From positions 10,106,001 to 10,170,000 of the forward strand of contig CM022666.1 of NCBI GenBank assembly GCA_012295275.1: DNA of 64,000 nt. The letters run 5' to 3'. The stretch comes from Chrysomallon squamiferum (Eukaryota > Animalia > Mollusca). The notes beneath the pieces were generated by a model. The model had not been told where the DNA came from. It searched no databases and worked only from the letters and a program-made list of their open reading frames with translations. Positions 42,301-57,300 of this stretch are shown piece after piece (position 1 is the first letter of the stretch; each line of letters opens with the position of its first letter). A program made the translations under genes and the position numbers.

Positions 42301-45300
42301 TTGTACATTAACAATTATCTAAGTAAGAACGTAATTAAGTACGTAAATAATCACCTAAGTAAGCAAGGATGCAAGTTAGTAAGTCAGCGAGAATGCAAGT
42401 AAGTACGTTAACAATTATCTAAGTAAGAAATAAATTTAGTACTTACCTAAATAATGACCTAAGTAAGCAAGGAAACAAGTAACTAAGTAAGTGAGAATAG
42501 AAGTCAGTACATTAACAATTATGTGAGTAATAATGTAAGTAAATACTTAACTAATGACCTAAGTTAGCAAGGAAGAAAATAAGTAAGTAAATAGTAACCT
42601 AAGTAAGTACATTACCAATTATCTAAATAACAAATACAGTAGGTAAGTAAGTAAATAATGACCTAAGTAAGCAATGATGCAAGTTTCTAAGTAAGTGAGA
42701 ATGCAAGTAAGTACATTAACAATTATCTAAGTAATAAATAAATTAAGTAATTACGTAAATAATGACCTAAGTAACCAAGGAAGCAAGTACCTAAGTAAGA
42801 GAGAATGCAAGTCAGTACATTTACAATTATGTGAGTAAGAATGTAAGTAAGTATTTAACTAATGTCCTAGGTTAGCAAGTAAGCGAGTAAGTTAGTAAAT
42901 AGTAACCTAAGTAAGTACATTAACAATTATCTAACTAAGAAAGAAAACTAAGTAAATAAAACCTAAGTAAAATAATGATCTAAGTAAGTAAGTAAGTAAA
43001 TAATGATCTAAGTTGGAACTAAGGTAAAAAACTAAAATGCAAATTTGTACATTAACAATTATCTAAGTAAGAACGTAATTAAGTAATTACGTAAATAATC
43101 ACCTAAATAAGCAAGGATGCAAGTTAGTAAGTCAAGTGAGAATGCAAGTAAGTAAGTAATTAACAATTATCTAAATAATCTATAAAAATTTAAAATAAAT
43201 TACCTAAATAATGACCTAAGTAAGCAAGGGGGAACAAGGAAACAAGTAACTAGTAAGTGAGAATAGAAGTCAGTACATTAACAATTATGTGAGTAATAAT
43301 GTAAGTAAGTACTTAACTAATGACCTAAGTTAGCAAGGAAGAAAATAAGTAAGTAAATAGTAACCTAAGTAAGTACATTACCAATTATCTAAATAACAAA
43401 TAAATTAAAATAAGTAAAAATAATAAATAAATAAGTAAGTAAATATGCAAGTTTCAAAGTAAGTGAAGTTTCTAAGAATGCAAGTAAGTACATTAACAAT
43501 TAAGTACTTAACAATTATCTAAGTAAATAAATTAAATAATTACGTAAATAATGACCTAAATGTAACCAAGGAAGCAAAGTAAGTAAGTAAGAGAGAATGC
43601 AAGTCAGTACATTTACAATTATGTGAGTAAGAATGTAAGTAAGTATTTAACTAATGTCCTAGGTTAGCAAGTAAGCGAGTAAGTTAGTAAATAGTAACCT
43701 AAGTAAGTACATTAACAATTATCTAACTAAGAAAGAAAGTAAGTAAGTAAGTAAGTAAATAATAATCTAAGTCTAAGTTGGTAAGGAAGCGAGGAACTAA
43801 GGTAAAATGCAAATTTGTACATTAACAATTATCTAAGTAAGAACGTAATTAAGTACGTAAATAATCACCTAAGTAAGCAAGGATGCAAGTTAGTAAGTAA
43901 GTAAGAAAATGCAAGTAAGTACAAGTAATTATCTAAGTAAGAAATAAATTTAGTAATACCTAAATAATGACCTAAATGTAAGCAAGGAAATAAGTAACTA
44001 AGTAAGTAGAAAAAAGTAAATAATTAAAATTAAATAAGAATAAAGAAAAAGTAAAGTAAATAACTAATAAGTAAGTAAGTAAACTAAGAATAAGTAAGTA
44101 AATAGTAACCTAAGTAAAAAATTAAGTAATTATAAATAAATAAAATAAAAAGTAAATAAAAAGTAAGTAAATAATAAAGTAAGTAAAAATAAAAAAAAAA
44201 TAAGTAAATAAATACAAGTAAATAAATAAAATAATTAAAAAATAAGAATGAAAGTAAGAAATAAATAATAAAAGTAAGTAATAAAGTAAATTTAACAATT
44301 ATCTAAGTAAAATAAATTAATTAATTAATTAAATAAATGACCTAATAAGTAACAAGGGAAGCAAGTAAAGTAAGAGAGAATGCAAGTAAATACATTAAAT
44401 TAATTAATTAAGTATTAATTAAAATAATTAAAGTAAGAAATAAAATAATTAAAATAAAATAATAACAATGTAAAGTAAGTAAGGAAGTAAGTAAAAGAAA
44501 GTAAAATAAAATTATAAATAAGTAAAGTAAAAATAAAGTAAAGTAAAATAACAAAAATGCATAAGTAAATAAAATTAAATAAGTAAAAAAAATAATTAAG
44601 TAAATAAATAATAATCTAAGTAAGTAAAGGATGCAAAGTAAAAAAGTAAGTAAGTACATTAACAATTAAGTTAAGTAAAAAAAATAAAAAATTAGTAAAT
44701 AATGACCTAAGTAAAGCAAATAATTAAAGTAAGTAAAGTAAAAGTAAGAATAAAGTCAAGTATTAACAAATATGTTAAGTAATAATAATGTAAGTAAGTA
44801 CTTAACTAATGACCTAAGTTAATAAGTAAGTAAGAGAAATAAAAGTAAATAAAATAAAACTAATAAAATAAATTAAACCTAAATAAAAACAAATAAAAAT
44901 AAATTAAGTAAGTAAGTAAATAATGAAATAATGACCTAAGTAAGCAATGATGCAAGTTTCTAAGTAAGTGAGAATGCAAGTAAGTAATTAACAACAATTA
45001 TCTAAGTAATAAATAAATTAAATTAATTAATAAAAATAATGACCTAAGTAACCAAAGGAAGCAAAATACCTAAGTAAGAGAGAAAATGCAAGTCAGTACA
45101 TTTTACAATTATGTGAGTAAGAATGTAAGTAAGTATTTAACTAATGTCCTAGGTTAGTAAGTAAGTAAGTAAGTTAGTAAATAAAAAGTAAGTAAGTAAA
45201 CAATTAACAATTATCTAACTAAGAAAGAAAGTAAGTAAGTAATTAAATAATGAAAGTAAAAAGTTAAACTAAGGAAGTAAAAACTAAGGTAAAATGCAAA

Positions 45301-48300
45301 TTTGTAAATAACAATTATAAGTAAGTAAAATAAACAAGCAAATTAATTAAAATGTAAATTTGTAAATAATTAATTAAGTAAGAACGTAATTAAGTACGTA
45401 AATAAGTTAAGTAAGCAAGGATGCAAGTTAGTAGAGTCAGTGAGAATGCAAGCAAGTACGTTAACAATTATCTAAGTAAGTAAGAAATAAATTTAGTACT
45501 TACCTAAATAATGACCTAAGTAAGCAAGGAAACAAGTAACTAAGTAAGTAACTAAGAATAGAAGTCAGTACATTAACAATTATGTGAATATAATAATAAT
45601 AAGTAAGTAAGTAAACTAATGACCTAAGTTACAAAAAAGAAAAAAAAGTAAAAATAAGAAAAAGTAAGTAAAAGTAATTAACAATTATCTAAATAACAAA
45701 TAAATTAACAAAAAAAAAAAATAAAAATAATTAAATAAAAGTAATGATGCAAGTTTCAAGTAAAAAAAAGTAAATGCAAGTAAGTAAATTAACAATTATC
45801 TAATTAACAAATAAATAAATTAAATAATTAATTAAATAATGACCTAAATTAACCAAGGAAGCAAAATAAAGTAAAACAAGAGAGAAAGCAAGTCAGTACA
45901 TTTAAGTTATGTGAGTAAGAAATTATGTAAGTAAGTATTTAACTAATGTCCTAAGTTAGCTAGGTTAACTAATGTCCTAGGTTAGCAAGTAGTAAATAAA
46001 GTTAGTAAATAGTAACCTAAGTAAGTACATTAACAATTATCTAACTAAGAAAGAAAGTAAGTAAGTAAAAATAATAATCTAAGTTTGGTAAGGAAGCGAG
46101 GAACTAAGGTAAAATGCAAATTTGTACATTAACAATTATCTAAAATAAGAACGTAATTAAGTACGTAAATAATCACCTAAGTAAAGCAAAGAAAGTAATA
46201 AGTAAGTAAAATGCAAGTAAGTACAAGTAACAATTATCAAGTAAGAAATAAATTTAAAATTAAAAAATAATTAAAAGTAAGTAAAAATAAAAGTAAGTAA
46301 AAATAAAATAAAAGTAAGCAAGTAATAAATAAGTAAATAATAACAAGTAAATAATGAAGTAATAATGTAAGTAAGTAAGTAATAAAAAATAACTAAGTAA
46401 GTAAGTAAGAATAAATAAAGAAGAATAAAATAATAATAAAAGTAATAATAACAAAAAAGTAAAAAAAAAAAAGTAAATAAAATAAAAAAATAATAAAATT
46501 AAGCAAAGATGCAAGTTTCAAATAATGACCTAACTAAGCAAGGATGCAGTTTCAAAGTAAGTGAGAATGCAAGTAAGTACATTAACAATTATCTAAGTAA
46601 TAAATAAATTAAGTAATTACGTAAATAATGACCTAAAAGTAAGCAAGGAAGAAGTAACTAAGTAAGTAAGAATAAGTAAGTAAGTAAGAATGTAAGTAAG
46701 TAATGTAAGTTAGTAATGAAAGTTAGAAAAGTAAGTAAGTAATAAAATAATAAGTAAGTAATTAAAATAAGTAAATAATAAAAATAAAAAAAAAATAAGT
46801 AAATAAATAATACCTAATGTAAATAATGAAATAATGTTTCTAAAGTAAATAAAATATGCAAATAAAATAATTAACAATTATCTAAGTAATAAAATAAAAT
46901 TAAAATAAATTAAGTAAAATAATGACCTAAGTAAGAAATAATAAATACCTAAGTAAGAGAAAATGCAAAGTAAGTAATTTAAATTATGTAAGTAAGAATG
47001 TAAGTAAATAATATTTAATTAATGTCCTAGGTTAGTAGTAAGTACATTTACAATTATGTGAGTAAGAATGTAAGTTATTTAACTAATGTCCTAGGTTAGC
47101 AAGTAAGTAAGTTAAATAAATAGTAACCTAAGTAAGTACATTAACAATTATCTAACTAAGAAAGAAAAGTAAGTACGTAAATAATGATCTAAGTTGGTAA
47201 GGAAGCGAGGAACTAAGGTAAAATGCAAATTTGTACAAAAAAATTATCTAAGTAAGAACGTAATTAAGTAATTAAGTAAATAATCACCTAAGTAAGCAAG
47301 GATGCAAGTTAGTAAGTCAGCGAGAATGCAAGTAAGTAAGTAGTTAACAATTATCTAAGTAAGAAATAAATTTAAATAATTACCTAAATAATGACCTAAG
47401 TAAGCAAGGAATAAGTAAAGTAAGTAAGTAAATAAAGTCAGTAAGTTAACAATTATGTAAGTAATAATGTAAAGTAAATAATAACTAATGACCTAAGTTA
47501 GTAAGTAAGAAGTAAAAGTAAAGAATAACCTAAAGTAAGTAATTAACAATTATCTAAATAACAAATAAAATTAATTAAAAACAAATAAAAATTAAAATAA
47601 CAAATAATAAATAAAGTAAGTAATAAATAATGACCTAAGTAAGCAATGATGCAAGTTTCTAAGTAAGTGAGAATGCAAGTAAGTACATTAACAATTATCT
47701 AAGTAATAAATAAATTAAATAAATTACGTAAATAATGACCTAAAAACCAAGGAAGCAAGTAAAACCCTAAGTAAGAAGAATGCAAGTCAGTACATTTACA
47801 ATTATGTGAAAGAATGTAAGTAAATATTTAACTAATAATGTCCTAGTCTTAGTCCTAAGTAAGTAAGTAAGTAAGTAAATAGTAACCTAAGTAACCTAAG
47901 TTAACAATTATCTAACTAAGAAAGAAAACTAAAATAAAAGTAAGTAAGTAAATAATAATCTAAGTAAAATAAATGAAAGCTAAATAAGCGTAATAAAAAT
48001 GTAAAAAAAAATAAGGAAAAATTATCTAATTAAGAACAAATTAAATAATTAAAAATAAATAATACATTAACAAAAAAAAGTAAAACGTAATAAGTAGTTA
48101 AATAATAATAAAGTAAGCAAGAGAATTAGTAAGTCAGCGAATGCAAGTAACAACGTTAACAATTAATCTAAATAAAAGAAATAAAAAAATTTAGTACTTA
48201 CCTAAATAATGACCTAAGTAAGCAGCAAACAAACAAGTAACTAAGTAAGTGAGAATAGAAGAAGTCAGTACATTAACAATTATGTGAGTAATAATGTAAA

Positions 48301-51300
48301 TAAGTAATAACTAATAACCTAAGTTAAAGGAAGAAAATAAAGTAAATAAATAACCTAAGTAAGTAACAAATTAAAATTATTATCTAAATAACAAATAAAT
48401 TAAGTAAGTAAGTAAATAATGACCTAAGTAAGCAATGATGCAAGTTTCAAAGTAAGTGAGAATGCAAGTAAGTACATTAACAATTATCTAAGTAATAAAT
48501 AAATTAAGTAATTAAAAAATAATGACCTAAGTAAATAAAGGAAGCAAAAACCTAAGTAAGTAGAATGCAAGTCAGTACATTTACAATTATGTGAGTAAGA
48601 ATGTAAGTAAGTAATTAACTAATGACCTAAGTTAGCAAGTAAGAGAGTAAGTAAGTAAAATAAGTTAGTAAAAAAGTAAATAGTAACCTAAAGTACATTA
48701 CCAATTATCTAAATAAAAATAAATTAAATAAGTAAGTAAATAATGACCTAAGTAAGCAATGATGCAAGTTTCAAAGTAAGTAAAAAATGAAAATGCAAGT
48801 AATTAACAATTATCTAAGTAATAAATAAATTAAATTAATTAAGTAAATAATGACCTAAGTAAAAAAATAAATAGTAAAAGTAAGAGAAATGCAAGTAAAA
48901 GTAAGTTTAAATTATGTAAGTAAGAATGTAAGTAAGTAAGTAACTAATAATAAAGTTAGCAAGTAAGAAAATAAAGTTAGTAAATAAAATAACCTAAGTA
49001 AGTAATTAACAATTAAAAATAAATTAAAAATAAAAGTAAGTAAGTAAGTAAATAATGATAAGTAAATTAAAAGGAAGAAAAAAAAGTAAATAAAATGTAA
49101 AAATGAAAGTAAGGTACAAAAAAAATTATCTAAATAAACAAATAAAATTAAGTAAGTAATTAAGTAATAAATAATACCTAAATAAGCAAGGATGCAAGTT
49201 AAGTTAGTAAGTCAAGAGAATGCAAGTAAAGTGCAAGAATGCAAGTAAGTACGTTAACAATTATCTAAGTAAGAAATAAATTTAGTAATTACCTAAATAA
49301 TGACCTAAGTAAGCAAGGAAACAAGTAAAAGTAAGTAAGAATAGAAGTCAGTAAGTTAACAATTATGTGAGTAATAATGTAAGTAAAGTAATTTAACTAA
49401 TGACCTAAGTTAGCAAGTAAAGTAAAGTAAGTAAATAGTAACCTAAGTAAAGTAATTACCAATTATCTAAATAAAGAAAAAATAAAATAAGTAAGTAAAA
49501 AAATGACCTAAATAAGTAAGGAATGATAAGTTTCTAAGTAAGTAAATGCAAATAAATAAGTTATCTAAATAATAAAAAAGTAAGTACAAAATAATGATAA
49601 GTAAGGATAATAAGTAAATAAGTAAAAAAATAAAATTATAAAATAAAAATTAAAGTAAGTAAATAACAAGTAAAGTAAGTAAAAAAAAGTTAGAATGCAA
49701 GTAAGTACATTAACAATTATCTAAGTAAGAAATAAAATTAAGTAATTAATAAATAATGAAAAAAATAACCTAAAACAAGAAATCAAGTACTAAGTAAGTG
49801 AGAATAAAGTCAGTAAACAATTATGTGAGTAATAAAAAAAATAAAAAATAAGTAAACTAATGACCTAAGTTAGCAAGGAAGAAAAAAGTAAGTAAATAAG
49901 TAAGTAATAAATAAAGTATTAATCTAAAAAAAAGTAAATAATTAAATAAATAAAAAAAAATAATAATAAATAAAAAAGTAAAAAGTAAGTAAAAGTTTCT
50001 AAGTAAGCAATGATGCAAGTTTCTAAGTAAGAAGTAAAATGCAAATAAATAAATTAAATTTATCTAAGTAATAAATAAATTAAGTAATTACGTAAATAAT
50101 GACCTAAGTAACCAAGGAAGCAAGTACCTAAGTAAGAGAGAATGCAAGTCAGTACATTTACAATTATGTGAGTAAGAATGTAAGTAAGTATTTAACTAAT
50201 GTCCTAGGTTAGCAAGTAAGCGAGTAAGTTAGTAAATAGTAACCTAAGTAAGTACATTAACAATTATCTAACTAAGAAAGAAAGTAAGTAAGTACGTAAA
50301 TAATGATCTAAGTTGGTAAGGAAGCGAGGAACTAAGGTAAAATGCAAATTTGTACATTAACAATTATCTAAGTAAGAACGTAATTAAGTACGTAAATAAT
50401 CACCTAAGTAAGCAAGGATGCAAGTTAGTAAGTCAGCGAGAATGCAAGTAAGTACGTTAACAATTATCTAAGTAAGAAATAAATTTAGTACTTACCTAAA
50501 TAATGACCTAAGTAAGCAAGGAATTAACTAACTAAGTAAGTAAGAATAAAGTCAGTACATTAACAATTATGTGAGTAATAATGTAAAGTAAGTATTTAAC
50601 TAATGACCTAAGTTAGCAAAAGAAAGAATAAGTAAAAAGTAAATAAATAACCTAAAAATAAAGTACATTACCAATTATCTAAATAACAAATAAAAATAAT
50701 TAAATAAAGTAAATAATAAATAAATAACAAATAAATAAGAAGTAAGTAAATAATGACCTAAGTTTCTAAGTAAAGTTTCAAATGCAAGTAAGTAAATTAA
50801 CAATTATCTAATTAACAATTAAAATAATAAATAAATTAAGTAATTACGTAAATAATGACCTAAGTAACCAAGGAAGCAAGTAACCTAAGTAAGAGAGAGA
50901 TGCAAGTCAGTCAGTAATTTACAATTATGTGAGTAAGAATGTAAATTAAGTAATGTAACTAATGTCCTAAGTTAGCAAGGAAGAGAATAAGTAAGTAAAT
51001 AATAACCTAAGTAAAAGTAAGTTAAATAAGTACCAATTATCTAAATAACAAATAAAAATAAAAGTAAATAAATGAATAAAAGTAAATAAAAATAAATAAT
51101 GAAAAATTCTAAGTAAGTTTCTAAGTAAAATGCAAAAAATGCAAGTACATTAACAATTATCTAAGTAAGAAATAAATAATTAATTAATTAAATAATGACC
51201 TAAAATAAAATAATAAAGAAATAAGCAAGTAAAGTAAGTAAGTAAGAATGCAAGTAAATAATGTTTACAATTATGTAAGTTAACAATTAAATAAATTTAA

Positions 51301-54300
51301 AAGAATTAAGTAAAACTAATGTCCTAAGTTAGCAAGGAAGCAAGTAAGTAAGTAAATAGTAAACTAAAGAAGTAAGTACATTAACAATTATCTAACTAAG
51401 AAAGAAAGTAAGTAAGTAAATAAATAATGATCTAAGTTGGTAAGGAAGAAAAAGTAAGGTAAAAATTAAAAATTTAACAAAGTAATTAAAAATTATCTAA
51501 ATAAGAAATAAAATAAGTAAGTAAATAAATAATGACCTAAGTAAGCAAGGATGCAAGTTTCTAAGTAAGTGAGAATGCAAATAAAGTACAATAACAATTA
51601 TCTAAGTAAATAAATAAATTTAAATTACGTAAATAATGACCTAAGTAAGCAAGGAAAAAAGTAACTAAGTAAGAGAAAAATGCAAGTCAGTACATTTACA
51701 ATTATGTGAGTAAGAATGTAAGTAAGTAATTTAACTAATGTCCTAGGTTAGCAAGTAAGAGAAGAGTAAGTAAGTAAATAGTAACCTAAGTAAGTAAATT
51801 AACAATTATCTAAATAAAAAGAAAGTAAATTAAGTAATTATCTAAGTAAATAATGATCTAAGTTGTAAATAATGATCTAAGTTGGTAAGGAAGAGGAACT
51901 AAGGTAAAATGCAAATTTGTACATTAACAATTATCTAAGTAAGAACGTAATTAAGTACGTAAATAATCACCTAAGTAAGCAAGGATGCAAGTTAGTAAGT
52001 CAGCAAGAATGCAAAGTAAGTACAAACAATTATCTAAGTAAGAAATAAATTAAGTAATTAAAAGTAAATAATAAGCCTAAGTAAAGTAAAGTAAGTAAGT
52101 AACAAATAACTAAAATAAGTAGAATAAAAAATAATACATTAACAATTATGTGAAATAAGAAAAGAAGTAAGTAAGTAACTAATGATGACTAAGTTAGCAA
52201 GGAAGAGAATAAGTAAGTAAATAAGTAACCTAAGTAAGTAAAAGAATTAACTAAATTAAAAAATTATCTAAATAATTAATAAATTAAAAAAATAAATAAA
52301 ATAATAAATAAATAAAAAAGCAATAAATGCAAAATAAATCTAAGTAAGTAATGAAAAAGCAAGTTTCTAAGTAAGTGAAATGCAAAGTAAGTACATTAAC
52401 AATTATCTAAGTAATAAATAAATTAATTAATTACGTAATAATGACCTAAGTAACCAAGGAAGCAAACCAAGGAAGCAAGTAAGAGAAGAGAAAGTCAGTA
52501 CATTTACAATTATGTAAAATAAGTAAGTGTAAATAATGTAAAGTAAGTTAACTAATTTAAGTAAGTTTAACAATAATAAAAATAGTAAATAATAAGTTAA
52601 GTTAACAAAAGTAAAGTAAAAAGAAGTAACCTAAGTAAGTAAAAAATTATCTAACTAAGAAAGAAAAAAAGTAAGTAAATAAATAATGATCTAAGTTGGT
52701 AAGGAAGCAGGAAACTAAGGTAAAATGCAAATTTGTACATTAACAAATTATCTAAGTAAGAACGTAATTAAGTACGTAAATAATCACCTAAGTAAGCAAG
52801 GATGCAAGTTAGTAAGTCAGCGAGAATGCAAGTAAGTACGTTAACAATTATCTAAGTAAGAAATAAATTTAGTACTTACCTAAATAATGACCTAAGTAAG
52901 CAAGGAAACAAGTAACTAAGTAAGTGAGAATAGAAGTCAGTACATTAACAATTATGTGAGTAATAATGTAAGTAAGTAAAGTACTAATAACTAATGACCT
53001 AAGTTAGCAAGGAAGAGAATAAGTAAGTAAATAGTAACCTAAGTAAGTACATTACCAATTATCTAAATAACAAATAAAGTAAGTAAGTAAATAAGTAAAT
53101 AATGACCTAAGTAAGCAATGATGCAAGTTTCTAAGTAAGTGAGAATGCAAGTAAGTACATTAACAATTATCTAAGTAATAAATAAATTAAGTTAATTACG
53201 TAAATAATGACCTAAGTAACCAAGGAAGCAAGTACCTAAGTAAGAGAGAATGCAAGTCAGTACATTTACAATTATGTGAGTAAGAATGTAAGTAAGTATT
53301 TAACTAATGTCCTAGGTTAGCAAGTAAGCGAGTAAGTTAGTAAATAGTAACCTAAGTAAGTACATTAACAATTATCTAACTAAGAAAGAAAGTAAGTAAG
53401 TACGTAAATAATGATCTAAGTTGGTAAGGAAGCGAGGAACTAAGGTAAAATGCAAATTTGTACATTAACAATTATCTAAGTAAGAACGTAATTAAGTACG
53501 TAAATAATCACCTAAGTAAGCAAGGATGCAAGTTAGTAAGTCAGCGAGAATGCAAGTAAGTACGTTAACAATTATCTAAGTAAGAAATAAATTTAGTAAA
53601 TTACCTAAATAATGACCTAAATAAGCAAGGAAGCAAGTAACTAACAAGTAACTAAGTAGAATAGAAAGTCAGTACATTAACAATTATGTGAGTAATAATG
53701 TAAGTAAAAGTAAGTAACTAATGACCTAAGTTAAGTTAGGAAGAGAATAAAGTAAATAAATAGTAACCTAAGTAAGTACATTACCAATTATCTAAATAAC
53801 AAATAAATTAAATAAGTAAGTAAATAATGACCTAAGTAAGCAAGGATGCAAGTTTCAAGTAAGTGAGAATGCAAGTAAGTACATTAACAATTATCTAAGT
53901 AATAAATAAATTAAATTTTACGTAAATAATGACCTAAGTAACCAAGGAAAAGTAACTAAAGTAAGAAGAATGCAAGTCAGTACATTTACAATTATGTGAG
54001 TAAGAATGTAAGTAAGTATTTAACTAATGTCCTAAGTTAGTAAGTAAGCAATAAGTAAAATAATAACCTAAGTAAGTAATTAACAATTATCTAAATAAGA
54101 AATAAAGTAAGTAAAAGTAAATAAATGATCTAAGTAAGTAAGGAAACTAAGGTAAAAATGCAAATTTGTAAATTAAGTTATTAACAATCTAATCAAATAA
54201 ATAAAGTAAAAAAATAACCTAATAATGCAAGGAAGTAAATAAGTAATGAAGTAAATAAAAAGTAAAAAGTGCAAGTAAAATACATTAACAATTATCTAAG

Positions 54301-57300
54301 TAATAAAATAAAAGTAATCTAAGTAACAAATAAATTAAATAAAATAATGACCTAAGTAAAAGGAAGCAAGTAACCTAGTAAGTAATAGAATGCAAGTCAG
54401 TACAAGTTACAATTATGTGAAGTAATAATTTACAATTATGTGAAGTAAGAATGTAAGTAAGTATTTAACTAATGTCCTAGGTTAGCAAGTAAGAAAGTAA
54501 GTAAACCTAGTAAATAGTAACCTAAGTAAGTACATTAACAATTAACTAACTAAGAAAAAGTAAGTAAAAAGTAAATAAATAATGATCTAAGTTGGTAAGA
54601 AGAGAAAGGAACTAAGGTAAAATAAAATTTGTAATTAACAATTATCTTTGTACAAGAATCTAAGTAAGAAATAATTAAGTACGTAAATAATCAATCAAAA
54701 AGTAAGCAAGGATGCAAGTTAGTAAAGTCAGTAAGAATGCAAGTAAAAGTAAGTTAACAATTATCTAAGTAAGAAATAAATTTAAGTAATTACCTAAATA
54801 ATGACCTAAATAAGCAAAGGAAACAAGTAACTAAGTAAAGTAAGAATAAAGTCAGTACATTAACAATTATGTTAACAGTAAGAATGTAATAATAAGTAAA
54901 CTAACTAATAACCTAAGTTAGCAAGGAAGAAAAATAAGTAAATAAATAAGTAACCTAAGTAAGTACATTACCAATTATCTAAAAAATAACAAATAAATTA
55001 AGTAAGTAAGTAAATAATGACCTAAGTAAGCAATGATGCAAGTTTCTAAGTAAGTGAGAATGCAAGTAAGTACATTAACAATTATCTAAGTAATAAATAA
55101 ATTAATTAATTACGTAAAATAATGACCTAAGTAACCAAGGAAGCAAAGTAACTAAGTAAGAGAGAATGCAAGTCAGTACATTTTACAATTATGTGAGTAA
55201 GAATGTAAGTAAGTAAGTATTTTAACTAATGTCCTAGGTTAGCAAGTAAGCGAGTAAGTAAGTAAAAATAGTAACCTAAGTAAAGTACATTAACAATTAT
55301 CTAACTAAGAAAGAAAGTAAGTAAGTACGTAAATAATGATCTAAGTTGGTAAGGAAGCGAGGAACTAAGGTAAAATGCAAATTTGTACATTAACAATTAT
55401 CTAAGTAAGAACGTAATTAAGTACGTAAATAATCACCTAAATAAGCAAGGATGCAAGTTAGTAAGTCAGTCAGAATGCAAGTAAGTAAAGTAAGTAGTTA
55501 ACAATTATCTAAGTAAGAAATAAATTTAGTACTTACCTAAATAATGACCTAAGTAAGCAAGGAAAAAGTAACTAAGTAAATAAGAATAAATCAAGTAATT
55601 AACAATTATGTGAGTAATAAAAAGTAAGTAAGTAATAATGACCTAAGTTAGCAAGGAAGAAAAAGTAAAAAAAAAGTAAAACCTAAGTAAGTACATTAAC
55701 AATTATCTAAATAACAAATAAATTAAATTAAGTAAAAAATAAAATAATGAAGTAAGTAAGCAAGGATGCAAGTTTCAAAGTAAGTGAGAATGCAAGTAAG
55801 TAGTAAAATGCATTAACAAATTATCTAAGTAATAAATAAATTAAAAAGTTATTAAATAATACCCTAAATAATAAGCAAAGAAGCAAGTAACTAAACTAGT
55901 CAGAGAATGCAAGTCAGTACATTTACAATTATGTGAGTAAGAATGTAAGTAAGTACTTAACTAATGACCTAAGTTAGCAAGGAAGAGAATAAGTAAGTAA
56001 ATAGTAACCTAAGTAAGTACATTACCAATTATCTAAATAACAAATAAATAGGTAAGTAAGTAAATAATGACCTAAGTAAGCAATGATGCAAGTTTCTAAG
56101 TAAGTGAGAATGCAAGTAAGTACATTAACAATTATCTAAGTAATAAATAAATTAAAATAATTAATTAAATAATAATGACCTAAGTAACCAAGGAAGCAAG
56201 TACCTAAGTAAGAGAGAATGCAAGTCAGTACATTTACAATTATGTGAGTAAGAATGTAAGTAAGTATTTAACTAATGTCCTAGGTTAGCAAGTAAGCGAG
56301 TAAGTTAGTAAATAGTAACCTAAGTAAGTACATTAACAATTATCTAACTAAGAAAGAAAGTAAGTAAGTAAGTAAATAATGATCTAAGTTGGTAAGGAAG
56401 CGAGGAACTAAGGTAAAATGCAAATTTGTACATTAACAATTATCTAAGTAAGAACGTAATTAAGTAATTAAAATGTAAATAATCACCTAAGTAAGCAAGG
56501 ATGCAAGTTAGTAAGTCAGCGAGAATGCAAGTAAGTACGTTAACAATTATCTAAGTAAGAAATAAATTTAGTAATTACCTAAATAATGACCTAAGTAATG
56601 AAATAAGTAAGCAAAAATCAAAGTAACTAAGTAAGTGAGAATAAAGTCAGTACATTAACAATTATGTGAAGTAATAATGTAAATTATGTAAGTAATAATG
56701 TTAACTAATAACCTAAGTTAGCAAGGAAAATAAAAAGTAAATAAGTAAATAAAACCTAAGTAAGTACATTACCAATTATCTAAATAACAAATAAAAATAA
56801 AAATAAGTAAGTAAGTAAATAAATGACCTAAGTAAGCAATGATGCAAGTTTCTAAAGTAAGTGAGAATGCAAGTAAGTACATTAACAATTATCTAAGTAA
56901 TAAATAAAAATAAGTAATTACGTAAATAATGACCTAAGTAACCAAGGAAGCAAGTAAGTAAGTAAGAGAGAAATGCAAGTCAGTACATTTACAATTATGT
57001 GAGTAAGAATGTAAGTAAGTATTTAACTAATGTCCTAGGTTAGCAAGTAAGCGAGTAAGTTAGTAAATAGTAAACCTAAGTAAGTACATACATTAACAAT
57101 TATCTAACTAAGAAAGAAAGTAAGTAAGTACGTAAATAATGATCTAAGTTGGTAAGGAAGCGAGGAACTAAGGTAAAATGCAAATTTGTACATTAACAAT
57201 TATCTAAGTAAGAACGTAATTAAGTAAAAAATAATCACCTAAGTAAGCAAGGATGCAAGTTAGTAAGTCAGCGAGAATGCAAGTAAGTACGTTAACAATT

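Noticed and set aside
44408-46514. Two hydrophobic L/F/Y/I-rich minus-strand ORFs resembling membrane or mitochondrial proteins
   Set aside because: Translations of T-flattened degraded satellite. (TTAC)n and T-runs encode L/T/Y/F without stops, and intact copies of the same repeat contain stops.
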